Source of the DNA: Xylographa opegraphella
Taxonomy: Eukaryota
DNA length: 64,000 bases
Direction of reading: 5' to 3'
Assembly: GCA_022813865.1 (NCBI GenBank)
Contig: JALDZX010000003.1
Location: 186,001-250,000, forward strand
Numbering within the stretch: the stretch's first letter is position 1; every line of letters starts with the position of its first letter. The translations under genes were made by a program, and so were the position numbers. Shown here piece by piece: positions 24,699-38,871 of the stretch. Under the pieces are notes generated by a model. The model had not been told where the DNA came from, searched no databases, and saw only the letters and a list, made by a program, of their open reading frames with translations.

Positions 24699-25673
24699 TT
24701 ATTTGAGCACTCGGAATTGGAATTTGCGATCCTTTGAGTCACTTTCTCCGTACACACTCCGTTCGAAGAACGTGCATTGGCCATCGTGGTCCAAGAGTAT
24801 AACAGATTGCTGCTGTGTTCCATACATGCCGCTTTCGGGACAGTTGACAGTAATTTGGCTCTCGTTCTTTGCGGCAGCTAGTTCATCTGCCGTTGCACTT
24901 TCTGCTGTTTGGCCTGTGACAAGCGGTATAAAGATGCTCAGTCTCAAGTACTTCAAGATCGACACCCAGGATTCTTCTTTTTCACTTTGCTCTGATCTTG
25001 GCAATGTGTCCCTGCTTAGCAATGCTAGCATCTCCTGTATTAATTGATCTTCGTTGAAGTCTTCGCTAACAGCTTTGGCGATAGCAGCCTCCATCAGCTT
25101 TTCTCCGGTGAGTACTTTAGGCCAGCTTCTGTCACTGAATGCTGCATTACTTAGACCTATAGTCTGGCCTGTCTCTGTTGCAACCCAGGCTATGCCGTTT
25201 TTGCTAGAGGTACGATTTGACACCACCGCGAGCGGTTTTCCCATCCGTCCGCAAATGAGGCTAAAGCCTCCGACTTCAGATATATTGTTTTCGTTAATCA
25301 GATCACTGACGAAGTCTTCTGTTTTTGGCATTTTTTCCGTTGGTTCAGTCAAGTAAGCATTGACTATGGCACCGCGGCTTCTTGAGCCGTGGATAAGTCC
25401 AACATCGTCACGAAAATTTGTGAGAACAGCTACACGACCATCGGTTGTCACTCCTAGCCATGTCCCATGGACATCGCGTTGAAGATCTCTGGCCCCGAGA
25501 ACATGCTGGTTCGGAAGATCCCACCAGGCAGCACGTGCTGTTGGTCGACACAAGTATTCCTGGACCGAGGTTAGGCAGTGTGTTACAAACTCAAGAATCA
25601 TACTCACATCACGATTGTCAATGAGGATCAAAGCGTATTTCGGATGAGCCGTTGAGATCAAAGCTATACACAT
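24699..25673 (-). CDS. NRDE/TANGO2 (DUF833) family protein
   Basis: MCIALIST...IDNRD|EYLCRPT after removing intron 25560-25607; GTWLGVTTDGRVAVLTNFR, SRGAIV, GGFSLICG, GLSNA and YGTQQQSVIL. Confidence 0.92.
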   Translation of the reverse strand: MCIALISTAHPKYALILIDNRDVSMILEFVTHCLTSVQEYLCRPTARAAWWDLPNQHVLGARDLQRDVHGTWLGVTTDGRVAVLTNFRDDVGLIHGSRSRGAIVNAYLTEPTEKMPKTEDFVSDLINENNISEVGGFSLICGRMGKPLAVVSNRTSSKNGIAWVATETGQTIGLSNAAFSDRSWPKVLTGEKLMEAAIAKAVSEDFNEDQLIQEMLALLSRDTLPRSEQSEKEESWVSILKYLRLSIFIPLVTGQTAESATADELAAAKNESQITVNCPESGMYGTQQQSVILLDHDGQCTFFERSVYGESDSKDRKFQFRVLK

Positions 25674-26043
25674 GATGACCACGTTGAGTTCAGTTTTCGA
25701 CTTCCCCCAAGACCAACACTCAATATGGCCGCATCGGATTTGTGTGTGTAACTGAACAAGTTCAGTGGGACTTCACGGCAACGATTCACCGTAGTCTCAG
25801 CGCTTGTAGCCTTACCCGCCTCCGACGCCGGTAGGGTTGGCTTCGGTATCTTAGCCGCGGGTGCGGGGTCACGCTGGTCTACGCAAGCAGACAGGGATCG
25901 ATACTACTCCCGTTCTTCAGGCAGTTACTACCTTATTTCCACCAGGTTGTCTTTGGCACTGCTTCAAACTGTCTACCTAGGTACTCTGGCTTCGAAAAGA
26001 ACCACCTATTACTTCTCCTCTGGAACACCCACATACCTTCGGC

Positions 26044-27081
26044 ATGTTCGACCTCATCCCGAATGTCATATCGTAAGACTCTCCCGTTTCAACTTTTCTT
26101 GGTAGGGCAGTTGCATGCCTCTCCACAGAGCTCCGATATACCCTCAGTTGGGCTGAATATAGCTTCAGATCTCTTCTGACCATTCTGTTCCCTGTGTTCG
26201 CTTCTTACAAAGCTCTGCGGACATCAGACCCCGCTCAACTTACCCCATGGCTCATGTACTGGGTCTCGTTCGCATTAGTCACACTCTTCGAAGCATGGAC
26301 ATGGTACCTAGTTTCTTGGATTCCTCTATACGCCTACATACGACTGATAATGCTCTCTTATCTTGTATTGCCCCAGACACAGGGCGCTCGCATCCTCTAT
26401 CAATCACATATTCATCCCTTCTTAGCTCAACATGAGGCAAGCATCGAGAAGTTTATCACCACCACACACAACAGAGCAAAGAAAACTGGACTTGGATATA
26501 TTGAACAGTTGATCGAATACATCAAGAGCAATCTTCTTGGGATGCAGCCAAAAGCGAGGTTCGAAAGTCACAACCAGCAGGACAGCTACGCGCAAACTTT
26601 ATTGAGCAGGTTCAATTTACCGTCGGCGAGAGAAGGCCTCGCAGCACCAGCAGGCGATTTCTACGGTCTACTTAGCGCCGCTATGGGCTCCATGGCGAGG
26701 AATTCTGGATCAAGAGATTTGCAGGTTGATGAAATAACCAGAACTGGGACACTAATTCCGCAGAATATTACCGGTACGGCAGCGAAGGTACACTTCCTGT
26801 CCACGCAACGTGAGAAACTACGAGTACTCTTATCAGCTCTCGATCGAGAAGCGAATAGATTGGAGATTGAAAAAGACGTTGAGAAGCGGATGGGCGGAGG
26901 TCAGACACTCATGGGTGGTTTGCAGAAGAGCAATAGTGAAGCCGAATTCGACACAATTGACAAAGCGGAAGCTTCTGGACAAACATCATCAAGAAGTGCA
27001 ATCAGCGGCAGTTGGATCCCTTGGGGCTGGGGTGCCACGGCTGACACTGGAAGCTCAACTGGCGTGGACAGAGCACAATGA
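26044..27081 (+). CDS. HVA22/TB2-DP1 (REEP/Yop1 family) ER membrane protein
   Basis: Short exon 1 (MFDLIPNVIS), an intron, then LFPVFASYKALRTSDPAQLTPWLMYWV...WIPLYAYIRL...YLVLPQTQGARILY. Confidence 0.9.
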
Positions 27082-27474
27082 GATATCATGCTAGAAATGC
27101 GGTCGTATCCTAGCAAATTCAACCAGAGTTTTCTACTGCTTGCTTACGACAAAACATGCTGAACATTTATGATGCATGTTCAATGGACTTCCAAAAGGAA
27201 TTTTCGTCTGGCTAGAGCAAAAACATTTACCTGTCTCCGAGGATCAATCGGCCAGCGGAAGCTTCCAGCCAGCAAACACCGTTATACAATGTCTGCATAC
27301 CGACGAGCAAACACATGTGACCTGGTTCCCCAGTCCTCACAAATCATTCAACCACAGCATAAAAGCCGACTTTCCCCATGACACTGACCATAACCACCTC
27401 ACCAGTCAACAGCCTTCTCACAACATTATCATTCACCACTCTCAAACCGTTCACATATCGCATAGTATTCAAGC

Positions 27475-27900
27475 ATGTCGGATAAATCAGAGAAGACCTC
27501 AGGAGCGCGCCGCCGAAGCGGCATCATTATTCCCGACCACAAAGAAGCTTCAGACCCCGGAACCGCCTTGGTAGTAAAGAGCTCGACCTCCCACCCTCAC
27601 GTTATCCCCTATCCTACCAACCCACCCACAACTTCATCCTCTCACTCCGGTACGCTCACAGAATTCAAGCTACCGTACTATCTCGCTGAGTGGTCGACAG
27701 GGCCGTATCAAGCTCCTAGACATGACACCAAAGAAGATCCCAAAGCTGCCGATGGTAAAGACGCGGAAATTGACAAGAAGCCCGTGGTCACCCCGAAGGA
27801 GGAGAAGGGGAAGCTGCTGACCGAGGAGGAGGAGAAGCAAGCGGTGGAAGAAGCGTACAAAGCACTAGTGGATGAGCCATATACACCACCCTCCAGATAG
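27475..27900 (+). CDS. Hypothetical protein (141 aa, charged C-terminus)
   Basis: Single ORF with ATG and coding-like codon usage; no recognised domain. Confidence 0.45.
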   Translation: MSDKSEKTSGARRRSGIIIPDHKEASDPGTALVVKSSTSHPHVIPYPTNPPTTSSSHSGTLTEFKLPYYLAEWSTGPYQAPRHDTKEDPKAADGKDAEIDKKPVVTPKEEKGKLLTEEEEKQAVEEAYKALVDEPYTPPSR

Positions 27901-28480
27901 TGAGTCGTGATGAGCGAGGCTTGGGATGACAGGGAGAGATCAGAACTTGGGGTGGAACTGTTTTGCAATTTCCTTTTCTTTTTCCTTTCCTTTCTTCTTT
28001 TTCTTTTTCTTTTCTCTCTCTTCATGACTTTCTCGCGACTGCATAGGGATTTTTAGACAGGGAAGCGTATTGCTTCGGATCAGAAATTTGAGATCTCCTG
28101 GTTGCTCTCTACACGAACCATTATGCTTCAATCAAGTGATCGACGGAAAACCAACCACCGGACGTAATTTAGCAAGCATCTGTAGAAGCCGTCCATTCTC
28201 ACCACCAAAAGAAAGGCTCGCCGTACCCCAAAAGTACCGCTCCACGAAGACAGAAACCCGTGCCCAATACGTTGAAGCAATAGTTGTAAATACACACGCC
28301 CCAAGACCGGGATTATTATTCCCCTTTACACATTTTGACATCCGAGCTATGCACCAAATCCTGCGTACCCAGCAGAGCAAGCCTCTCTATACAAAGCTCC
28401 ACACCGTTTCCCCATATCCATACCCAACGCTCCAAAGCGCACGAGCACCGAATCTGCTGTTCTTCTCTCCTCCCATTCCC

Positions 28481-29567
28481 TCAACTCCCCTGGAACTGCG
28501 TCGGATGGACCGTCACCACGACGACCAAGCTCGTCACGATGAGCGCCGCAGCCACAAACGTGATCAGGCACACGCTGCCCCTGCTGGCGGGGAACTTGCC
28601 GCGGATGATCCAGTACTGAGGCAGGCAGCACAACGCGTGTCAGCTTTTCCCCCTTTGCCCACAATGCACTCCCACACGTCAAAAAAGACGGTATGAGTGA
28701 TCCACATACCTGACTCTCGAAATACCTGCGCCCCCCAACGACCAGCACGAGGATGGCGATCGCGAGGAAGGTCGCGCCCAGCGGCTTGCCCACCTGCCGC
28801 AGCTGCAGCGTGCCGGGCTGCACCGGAGCGGGGGCGAGGCCTTCGCCCTGCGAGATGGTCGTGTTGAGGCGGAAGAGCTGCGTGATGGCGATGCCGATGG
28901 AGGCGAAGGCAAGGGAGGTGCGCAGCCAGGCGAGGAAGGTGCGTTCTGGGAAGAGAGAAGAGGAATGCCGCGTCAGCACTTTCACAAGAGACCAAGAAGA
29001 CGCGGAAAGCGAAGGGGGAAGAGGCAGAAGGGGGATCCCCGTACCGAGCGCGAGATGGTCCCTCGCCACGCTCCCCTTATTATCCAACTCCACGCTCCCA
29101 TACTTCTCCACAAAGCGCGCCCACCAGCCCATCTGCTCCTCCTCGTCCACATCCGGCCCCGGGCCCGTCGCCGCCTTGCTACCTTTCCTCCGCCGCGGGC
29201 CCTCCCCACTATAGGCACTACCCCTCCCGCCCACATCCCACCCCTCCGCCGGCAGGCCCAAGCCCTCGAACGCCTCTTCCCTCCCACACACGCCGCTGTA
29301 ATCCCTGCCCCCGCCCCTCTCGCTGCCCATGATCGGCGTCCTCTCCCCCAGCGGGCCTTCGCGCTCCTCGTGACCCCGCGACGCGGCCACCCACGGCCCC
29401 GTCAGCGGAGAGCGAGCGAGCGGCGACTGCGAGGGCAGGAACTGGATGCTGCGTGTGCGCTTGACGCCGCTGGAGGGGTCGGGGGCATTGGGGGCATCAT
29501 CACTTGCGGAGGCGGTGGAGCGTTTGAGAGAGGAGGCGAGGGGGTGGGGGGAGGCGCTGGAGGACAT
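28481..29567 (-). CDS. DUF202 (YidH/Vtc1-like) membrane protein
   Basis: [76 protein letters not shown]; two introns. Confidence 0.9.
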
Positions 29568-30648
29568 GGTGCTGGGAGAGAGTCGACGAAGGATGGGAGC
29601 GAGGGCGGCGGTGGTGCATTTTCTGGTCCTCGGGTGGGTGAGTGAATTCGTGCTTGTTATGGCGGGCATGCGTGGGTGGGGACCATTCGGGCAGGGGTAG
29701 AATAGGCTGGGGCCGTGGGTGTATCCGTGCTTGCTTAGCGGGTATGAGGTGATTGCGGGTGCGGGTGCGGGGCCGAGGGCTAGCTGTCGTGAAGAATGAC
29801 GTGCGCGCCGAGAGTGGATTTCATCATTGGGATTTTGATTTTGGTAGTGCTGCTTGAGAAGTGAGGTGCGTCGTGCTGGGCGGTGTTGATCGACACAATT
29901 ACGTTAAACACACAGCTCCGGTAAGCTCACAACAGCAATCACGAGCAGAAAGATCCAGTAGATCTCTTCCATTATCAATTATTTACAAGAACAGATGAAG
30001 CCAGACGCCTGACCGATGCTCTTGCAAAACCCGCCAATTAGTTTTACTTTAAGGACTCTGGATGATCTAGTTGAACAGAGTACACGAATTGACACCAGGA
30101 CGAAGAGCTCGATGTAGCAAGCAAAGGTTGAGTGGCCAGTCCTCCAGCATGAAGTAATCCAAGAGCCGCGAGAGACCAGCGACCCAAGAGCACATGGAGG
30201 GTACATTGAAAATGCCAAAGACATAGACATGCCGTAGATTCCTGACACACTGGATGTGCGCCATTGCTCCATCTGCCACATGAAGGTGGTCCAATAACTG
30301 TGGACAGTAAGCCACTGTTTTGCTTATCGATCGTTGTAGGTGAACAAGGACAGAACTAGTCGAGTCGCAAAGTGTTGTGACTGATGAGTCGATCAACTCC
30401 GCTGTGGTGGACGATGAGAACATCGGTTGACCACTACAGAAGAAGATCATCGAAAGATGTACCCGATGCTCGAGCAACGATTGTACACGAAAGAAAGGTG
30501 GACAGCTGCTCCCAGTCAAGCCTGACCCGAAAGACCTCGACATCGCCGTTTGAAGAATGGTTGACCGTAAAGAAATGTCACTCGCGGACTGAAAAGAAAG
30601 ACCGAGCAGGAGAAGAAAAGACATTAAGCGTGGGCAGGATGGCAGGGT

Positions 30649-32196
30649 CTATGCCAGCACGTAAGTGGCCGTGCCGGACATCACTCTGACTGTGCATCCA
30701 GGCGCTTCCTCACAAACGTCGGCATTTGATCCCTATCGACTTTGTCAGTGTATTCGACCTGTGCATGAGTGCAGAGGAGCTTACGGTGCACTTGATGTAG
30801 GTCTTGCAATTAGCGGGATCAAAGTCACTCGGACTACCAGCTGAACAGTAGTGTGCAGTCCCATCTTTAACAGTCATGTGGCACGCGTTTGGTCCGCCGA
30901 AGTCGCCTTGTAGTTCGATCGAGAAATCTAATGGCTGGTAGTTTGCAGGATTCTGTTGCTGGGTCGACGTAATAGAGAGCCAGGTCTCGCCGTTCTCATC
31001 TGTACCAACACCAACATAAGACGGCGCGAAGTTCCCAAAGTCTGTACTATTCGTACTCCACTGGCAAGCGACGGAAATCAAAGTGCCTGAAGGGTTGACG
31101 TAATATTGAGCACTGGTAAAAGAGCCCTCGTGGCGATAGTAGTTGTTGGCCTCTGGGCATGTGAGCGGGTTTTTACTGCCGCCCTGGGCATCAAGTGGGA
31201 TAACTTCATTCTCAGTACCTGTGATACTTTAGTTGGAACCTCTAAGATCACCGAATCAAGAGTCTTACCAGGATAGTCTGTCCGACAGATACCCACGTTC
31301 GCACCAAGCGTGTTGTGAACACTGACCAAGCCGCTACCCTGTATACAGAGTTTTGAAGATAGACCAGGATTGGTCAAGTGAAGCTTGCCGTCAGGCCCAC
31401 ACATGATTCCTCCAACGGATTGACCGGTCGAACCCTGCTTCTCAGGCCACTGAGACTTCTGATACCCTGGAGGACAGGCATAGGAGCACATCGCTGTCCC
31501 ATCTGAATTACTGGCACATGTGCTGCCTGCTGTCCCAGTAACAATGCTCGTTACAGCGTTACCACTGAACTGAACAAATTGAAGTCCGGACCAGCCACCC
31601 ATACCCATCCATTCGATGGGGATGGCACCATACTCTTCGGGGAATACACTGCAGTCAAGCTGACCGTCAGGGAATGTTTTGTCCACATTCGGATTGTAGG
31701 AGATTTGAGAATCGGTTGAGCCGCCATTGGACGAGGTATCACTAGACACAGGAGCCGCGGACGTGACTGCAGCAGCACTACTCGTGGAAGAGGCCATGGT
31801 GGATGACACGGGCGTCGAAGTGCTGGTAATATACGAGCTCGTGGTGGATGTCGTTGCTGGCTTGGCTAATAGCTGGTTGCCAGTAGCTGAGGAGGTCGTA
31901 GTAGCCGTGGTTGACGAAGTAGAAACCGCAACTTGAGTGGGCGCAGGATCGCTGCACGGATTTTCGCCGGTGCCAGGGGCCCACATCAAGGTGCCATCTG
32001 CAATGCCCTTGCAAACTTGATCCTGCGACATGGATTGACCATCAAACTCGAAGGCATAGACTGTTGGACCCTTTACGGTGACAACTTCAACATCAGGTGC
32101 ACGTTTTTCGGCATGATGATGACGATGGCGATGAGGCTGCGCAGCAACGAAGAAACCAGTTGCCGCCCAAGCTACAATAACATCCGTGAACCTCAT
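30649..32196 (-). CDS. SUN-family secreted beta-1,3-glucanase (GH132)
   Basis: Signal peptide, HRHRHHH...KR, Ser/Thr-rich linker, FPDGQLDCSVFP, CSYACPPGYQKSQWP, GQSVGG, CRTDYPG|TENE and SAQYYVNP; ends GCTVRVMSGTATYVLA*. Confidence 0.94.
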
Positions 32197-34658
32197 TCTG
32201 TCACGACTTAATTGCGCGGACGAGTTGATAGGTCTGAGATCTGTCAAAGACCTCAATTGGATGACTGAGGTAGTCAAATACTAGGAAATCTAGGCTCAAG
32301 GAGTGTAGTATGTTGTCGAATCTGCCGCGACACAAGTATTAGTACTCCGCGCGAAATGCGACATGAAAGTGTAAAAAATCACCCGAAACAAGAAATAATC
32401 TCTAGTCGATTGAAAAGATGAAGTATGAAAGGCGTGTGCTCAGCGTACCTAGCGAAAGTTGTATAAGTGTCTGTTTCTGTGGCATCAAGGCACAATGACT
32501 TGAGGAACGGTAAGCGGATTGATGGAGTATAGGTGGGTGAGGTATGGATGGTGAAGCTGATAGGTGTTAAAGGAATGTGGTAGGAGATAAACTCCTGATA
32601 CGTGGTGAATCGTTCAATGAGCGTGATGAGTATGAATTGTGAATTGATGAAAGAACAGGACGACAAGGACAGCGGTAAGGACGGTGAAGGATGGGCAGGG
32701 GATCGGAGGAAGGTCAGAAAGGAGGTGTGTCGATCGGCGTAATTTGGCAGGGGTGGCTAGCTAGCGCATACTTAGAGCTCGGACGCCTTTCTGGGGAAAT
32801 TGTCGTCTGGTCGGCCAATGAGATGGCGCGATTGCCGGGATGCTTCGGGGGAAATTTAACACTCCACATTCTTGAAATCAAACTTGTTGTGTTGATACCT
32901 CAAGGAGCGCGGCGGTGAGAGCACCCACGCGTGCAGCAGAGAAGTAATGCAAATTCGAGCGACGGTAAAGCAAATTCTAGCGATGAAGTAAAAAACACAA
33001 ACGCAACTGCCACACGCGCCGAAAACTCTTGATTGGAAAACCGTTTCATATGTGGATCAGCAAGCAAGGCAAACAAAGGGAAAGAGCAGGAGACCTGCTG
33101 CACAGGGCCGAAACGCGGAAGCTCAAACTGCACGGAAAGACTTACTCTGTGCGTATTATCCAGGCCGCTAAGTGTTTGGCGCACGGGTAGTGACGTCAAT
33201 CCCGCAACTCTCAGCTTAAATCGAGAGATTAGGTACGGGTGTGGTGTGGATGCTGCGCGCTAAGGGCTTCTTTACACGACGAAGTACTGTGACAAGAATT
33301 GTACGAAACCGCGGTGGTTGTGAAATTTAGATGAAAGAGAGGATGATGAGAAAGAGAAGAAGCTTTACACGAGCAGGAAGATGTGTTGTGTAGCGCGAAG
33401 GCCAGAGTGCACGCTACACCGAGTTTGCTCTAGCGGCCTGTCTCTGCTTCGCTGCAGAGTAGGAGCCTTCTAGGGTTTCCAGGGAAAAGCAATCCGATCC
33501 TCAATGCGTCTCGATCCCCCATTGCCTTCGATAGCTCCGGTAAGTCAGTCCTGGAGCGTCGTCTTGCTACCTTATCATTATCACCAGAATTCAGTCCCAG
33601 CCCCACGATCATCCTGACCCCGGAACACAAAGCCTCGCCAATCGCCGGCTAGCTTACTCCTCCCGGACGGCACAGAAATCTCAACCAGTCAGCAATCTCT
33701 GGTACCTGAGGCTGATGCAAGGATGAGTGGACCTGCATTGGCATCGAAACGGCCGATGTGGGGGCCAATCTGTCACTTTCCAGCGCATACCAAGAACCAT
33801 GTTGCAAGTGGTGAGATAGGAACTTCGAACCTATCCAGAATTACCAATGCGCTGCGTTCTAGTGCCACATGTAATATACATACACAATTCAGAGAACAGA
33901 CATAGGGGTAATCAATCAATGTCAGGCTTCGAAATCTGAAAAGTAGGTTCCGGTAATTGCAAGTGGCGGGAGTTGTTTTGACGAATAATGCATTTCGGGA
34001 AGAAATCTATGAGTTATCGTGGGCAATGTATCCGCCGTATGGCTCTCGTGGCGAGAGCGCTTCAGGAACGTAATAGTAATATCTGTGGATGACGCGGTAG
34101 GCTTTGGACTGTGAGAATTTTTCCGGTCGAAGGACAAGTATAATATCGGATTGTGAGGCTTGTATAGTGTGGATAAGAGTAAGAATAATCGATATAATTA
34201 TTTTCGTTTAATAAACTAGAGATTATATCAGAATATACCTTCGTATATGCACTGGCAATATGTAGGATATTCCATTTCGGCTTGAACCTGAGGCACCGTC
34301 ATGCACCGTATCACTGATGCAAGCCCAGTTATAACAACACACCCAATAGGATCTGCATTGAGTGCCATGCCCATCTCTGATAACGGAGCCCATGGCCTTG
34401 TCACCCAAATTTACGCCTAACACAATCGAAGCCGACAAGGGCAATCTTCGTGACTCGAGCCCGGCGCGGCGGCTATCTTTGGGACGATATTACTGATGAT
34501 CCTCTGAGAGAGTCATGGTTCTTCACTCTGCAATTCGGATTGGCGATCAGATATATGTCAACAACATAGCGTGTACTCGGTATCCAAGCTTCGAGCTCGG
34601 TAGAGCTTGATCTTCACTGGCGGTATGTAGAAATGATAGCGAAAATTATCATCCCTCT

Positions 34659-36289
34659 TCAGCCATCTTTCATCCGTTTGGTTGGTCTTCCGTAGGTATC
34701 ATCTGGCAGTCCGGATTTCTTAGTCCCTGGTAAGCTGCTCATCCGGACATCATTGTCATCTTGGCTCACACGTCGATGTGGATAGGCAGAGGTCAGACCC
34801 TCGAAACAGTTAGCACTGACTTTCTCCCCATTTCCGGAGAAGTAAGGATGGTGCAATGCGTCCTTTGCAGTCAACCGTTTCTCTGGATCGTACTCAAGCA
34901 GCTTCGCTAGCAAGTCATAACCTAGCGTACCCGGATCGCCGCACGGCAATGACTCAGAATATCCAGCACTTTTTACAGTACTATAATACCAGGGTTCAAG
35001 ACCGGATGATTTGCTGTTTGCTACCTCTCGTGAGGCATATGATAGTGTTTGTAATTGTCCATGCTCAGGTTGATGGACTAGACCTGGCCACTTCTCTTTT
35101 GTAGGCATGCCTAGTATTTCTACTATCTTCTGCATCTGGTTTCTCTGAAATGGCACGGTCTTCTTACTGTCCATCTTCGCTTCCTCGCCTTTGAAGATAG
35201 GCCGCAGTGATAGCAATTCGGCGAAGATGCAGCCCACCGCCCAAAGGTCTACAGCGGGTGTATAGTGGCGACTTCCGAGGAGCAATTCAGGCGCACGATA
35301 CCAGATCGTGACGACGACTTTGTCGCCGCTGAAGAGCGAGTGTAGGGGCTTGTAGAACAATCTGGCTAGCCCCAGGTCGCCGATTCGTACTTCCCCTCTC
35401 GAAGTCACCATGATATTTGCGGGTTTGAGGTCGCGGTGGAGAACCCAGTTTGTATGCAAGTATAGCAATCCATTGAGAAGTTGGAAAAGGACGGACTTAA
35501 TGGTCGATGCTGGGATAGGATGTCGAGGTGGTTGAGTATGATGATGGATGATCTGAAGCAAGTCATGCTCAGCATACTCAAAGACCATGTATATACACTT
35601 GTCTTCTAAGATTATCTCGACTAGGTGGATCACATTTGGATGCCTGAGCTCAGAACATAGGGCCATCTCGCGGCATGCGGATTGCGATATCCCAGTGTAT
35701 TGAATTACCTCGCCTTCCTTGTCCGGCTTAAATCTATTCGAAGAATTAATTGTAGCTTTTGCATATATATACAAGCATGTTTTCTTACTTCTTGATTGCA
35801 AAGTCACCAGGCTGACCGTTTCGCCCTACCGCCTTATATACTCTTCCGTAAGTTCCACTACTAATGAAGCCGACGACTTTGTACTTTTCATTAACTCGGA
35901 CCTTGCTGGTATATCCTGGAGACGGCATCTTTTGTGAATCAGACGGCTCTATTAGACTATTCAGAGACCGGGAGCTTAAGGATAAAATATGTCGCAGGAA
36001 TGTTATATAGTAGGGTAGATGAAGACTTTGGCATCAGTTATATATTTGAGACATAAAATACAGGCCTGCCCTTGAGGATTCAGGAACAGAAGGAACAAGA
36101 CTGTTTCATGCTCCAACACCACAACAACTCAGAAAATGTAACCGTAGTAATTTTCAGACCTGCATGAGAGACTGGTGTCTTACCATCGAAAGCTGCTTGG
36201 ACACTCCTCTTTAATTTTTGTGTGACCCTCACACTCGCGGCTGCGGATTGCGGACCGCCCGCAGATGAGGGAGGATTAGTGCCGCTCAT
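34659..36289 (-). CDS. SSN3: Mediator kinase CDK8 (Ssn3/Srb10)
   Basis: GFISSGTYGRVYKA, GISQSACREMAL, FEYAEHDL, HRDLKPANIMV, GDLGLARLF and VVTIWYRAPELLLGSRHYT; the 5' exon is inferred from ATG 36289. Confidence 0.96.
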
Positions 36290-36780
36290 GTCGGCCTCAG
36301 ACTCGGTTCATCGGTTCTATGGATCGTAAAGCACAGTCATCGTCATTTCCTGGGTCACCTAAGACGCTGGCTCCACTAAAGCGCTGAAGCCCCTCCGGGT
36401 TCATACGAGCCGGCTCCAAGAGCTGCGAAGTCCGGCGGATGCGTAGTGTGTGAGTGTAAGCAGATTAGAAACCTTTCTAATAAGAGCGAATCAGGGACAA
36501 GCAAGTACCCTGGGGCCGTAGTTTGGTTCTAAATCTACCTACTACTACTTTATCTGGAGACGACAGTAGGTAGTGCCTCGGCCGGCTATCAGGCGGAGTT
36601 CGCTTCGCGCCTAAAGACAGCCCTTCGGCCTGGTACTGGATACTGTAGCTTCCCCTCCCTCGTCCAGAGCAGCCGACGATGGAGATGGTCGTCAACACGG
36701 ATAATCTCCCATAGAGTGTTATGTGAGAATTCTATGATATCGTCTTTGGCGACGGCAGCACCTACAGCAATCCGTTCGCG

Positions 36781-38383
36781 ATGGCATCGACTACAATGTT
36801 TCAGAAATGGACGAAAGATATAACGCCATATCTTCTCTATCTAATCACAGTAGTCACACTGGGGCCTCTTCAATTCGGCTTTCATCTTGTAAGCTCTCTT
36901 ATGGAATAAAGATGAAGCTTAGCTAATCACTTTCCTGCTCAGGCTGAGCTCAATGCTCCAGAAGCCGTCATCCGCTGTATTGATCAGCCCTCCATCCTCG
37001 CCGCCCTCCCCCTTCCCACTTGCATACCTATGAACTCGGGGCAGTTTTCCGTTGTCTCTAGCATCTATACTGTCGGAGGCCTCCTCGGTGCCTTGACATC
37101 CGGCCCTCTTGCTACTAAGTACGGCCGCGTCTTGCCCATCCGCCTTGGGGTTCTGTTTTTCATCCTTGGCCCTATACTATCTTCATTGGCGCCTTCCATA
37201 CCAATCATTGCTTTAGGGCGCTTTATCTCCGGAATCGGCGCTGGCGCTGCGATTGTTGTGGTACCGATCTACATTTCTGAAATATCGCCAAAAGAGTCAA
37301 AGGGACTGTTTGGAGCGCTGACGCAAATCACGATCAATGTCGGTATCCTTGCTGCTCAAGTATTAGGATATTTCATGAGCTATGGAAATATGTGGAGGGT
37401 GGTTTTGGGCGTTGCGGGAGGGATTGCACTGGTGCAGGGTTTGGGTTTGTACGGTGTATGCGAGAGTCCAGACTGGCTTGTTAGTGCGGGGAAGACTGGC
37501 AAAGCAAGAAGGGCATTGGAGAGGATCAGAGGCGGAGACACCGAAGAGGAGGTAGGGAAGTGGGGAACTGCGCAAGAAGGACAAGGTGAGACTTCCACGG
37601 CGTGAAGAAACCTATCTCCGGCAAGTTGATACATCATTAAAGTGCAGTACGACTAATATAGCTACAGACGAATACGACTCCCTTCTCCACGGAGAGGAAA
37701 ATAATCAGTCCGCCCCGACGACGAAACGTAGCTCCGAAGCGTCTATTGGCATTCTCAAAGTCATCGTCCACCCCGACCACTACCGTGCTATCATTGCTGT
37801 CATTGGCGTCATGCTCGCTCAGCAGCTCTGCGGCATCAACAGCGTGATCATGTACTCTGTGTCTTTCCTTCGTGACCTCTTACCTACCACCGCTGGGATC
37901 ATTACCATTGGTGTCGGCGCACTGAACCTCGTCATGACTGTTGCCTGCGCACCACTTTCTGACCGTCTGGGCCGCAAGACCTGCCTCCTTATCTCAATCG
38001 CCGGTATGGGATCAATGTCCCTCGTGCTAGGCTTCGCGTTACTGTTTGGCGTGCAGGTCCTTGCTGCTGTGGCTACGCTACTCATCGTCGCAAGCTTTGC
38101 CGTCGGTCTCGGGCCTATTCCGTTCATACTGGCCAACGAATTGGTGGGTCCGGAAGCGGTAGGGGCAACACAAAGCCTTGCGCTATCCGCGAACTGGATT
38201 GCGACGTTCTTGGTTGCCCAATTCTTCCCTATCCTGAATGAGGCTTTGGATCAGGGCAGGGTGTTCTTCCTATTCGCAGGACTGGCGGTGGTGTTCTTTG
38301 CGTTTGTGCTTTTCTGGGTACCAGAGACGCAGGGAAAGAAAGACGCGGACGAGGTATGGGGACGGGATAGGAGGGAGGATTGA
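36781..38383 (+). CDS. MFS sugar porter (Vps73/Ybr241c-like)
   Basis: LGPLQFGFHL|AELNAP, GRFISGIG, PIYISEISP, CESPDWL, AQQLCGINSVIMYS, DRLGRK and VPETQGK; two introns. Confidence 0.92.
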
Positions 38384-38871
38384 CAGATCATCACTAAGAT
38401 GCTCCGGTAATACTCATATATGTTACAAACACCTTGAAATGGGCGTTATTAGTTACCTGAAGAACATATCACTTGTGCGTATACTCTGCGCCTATTCAAG
38501 ATCAAGCTTATTCGGCATATGAGGAGTGGGGTTTAACGGAAGTCCCAGATATGTAGGAATTTTATCATTATTAAAATCATTGTAATCTTCTGATTACAGG
38601 AAATGTCTATCAAACAGTGCTGTGAGCGACGCATAATCGAGAGAATCGTATTAAGAACATATGAGTGCAAGAATCCGTATCCGAACCTCATGCTATCTCC
38701 AGACCAAATCTCGCAATGCACACATTTATTACTTGCCTGCCTGTACAGCGGAGGCGTGAGTCCCGCTCAAAGGTCTGCTCAGGATCTTTCCTTGAGCCAG
38801 TCCACCAATCATAGCCATCCTGTTTATACACGATTCCGCAGCGATCTTTCATCGTCTGGGTTTCTGTGTCG

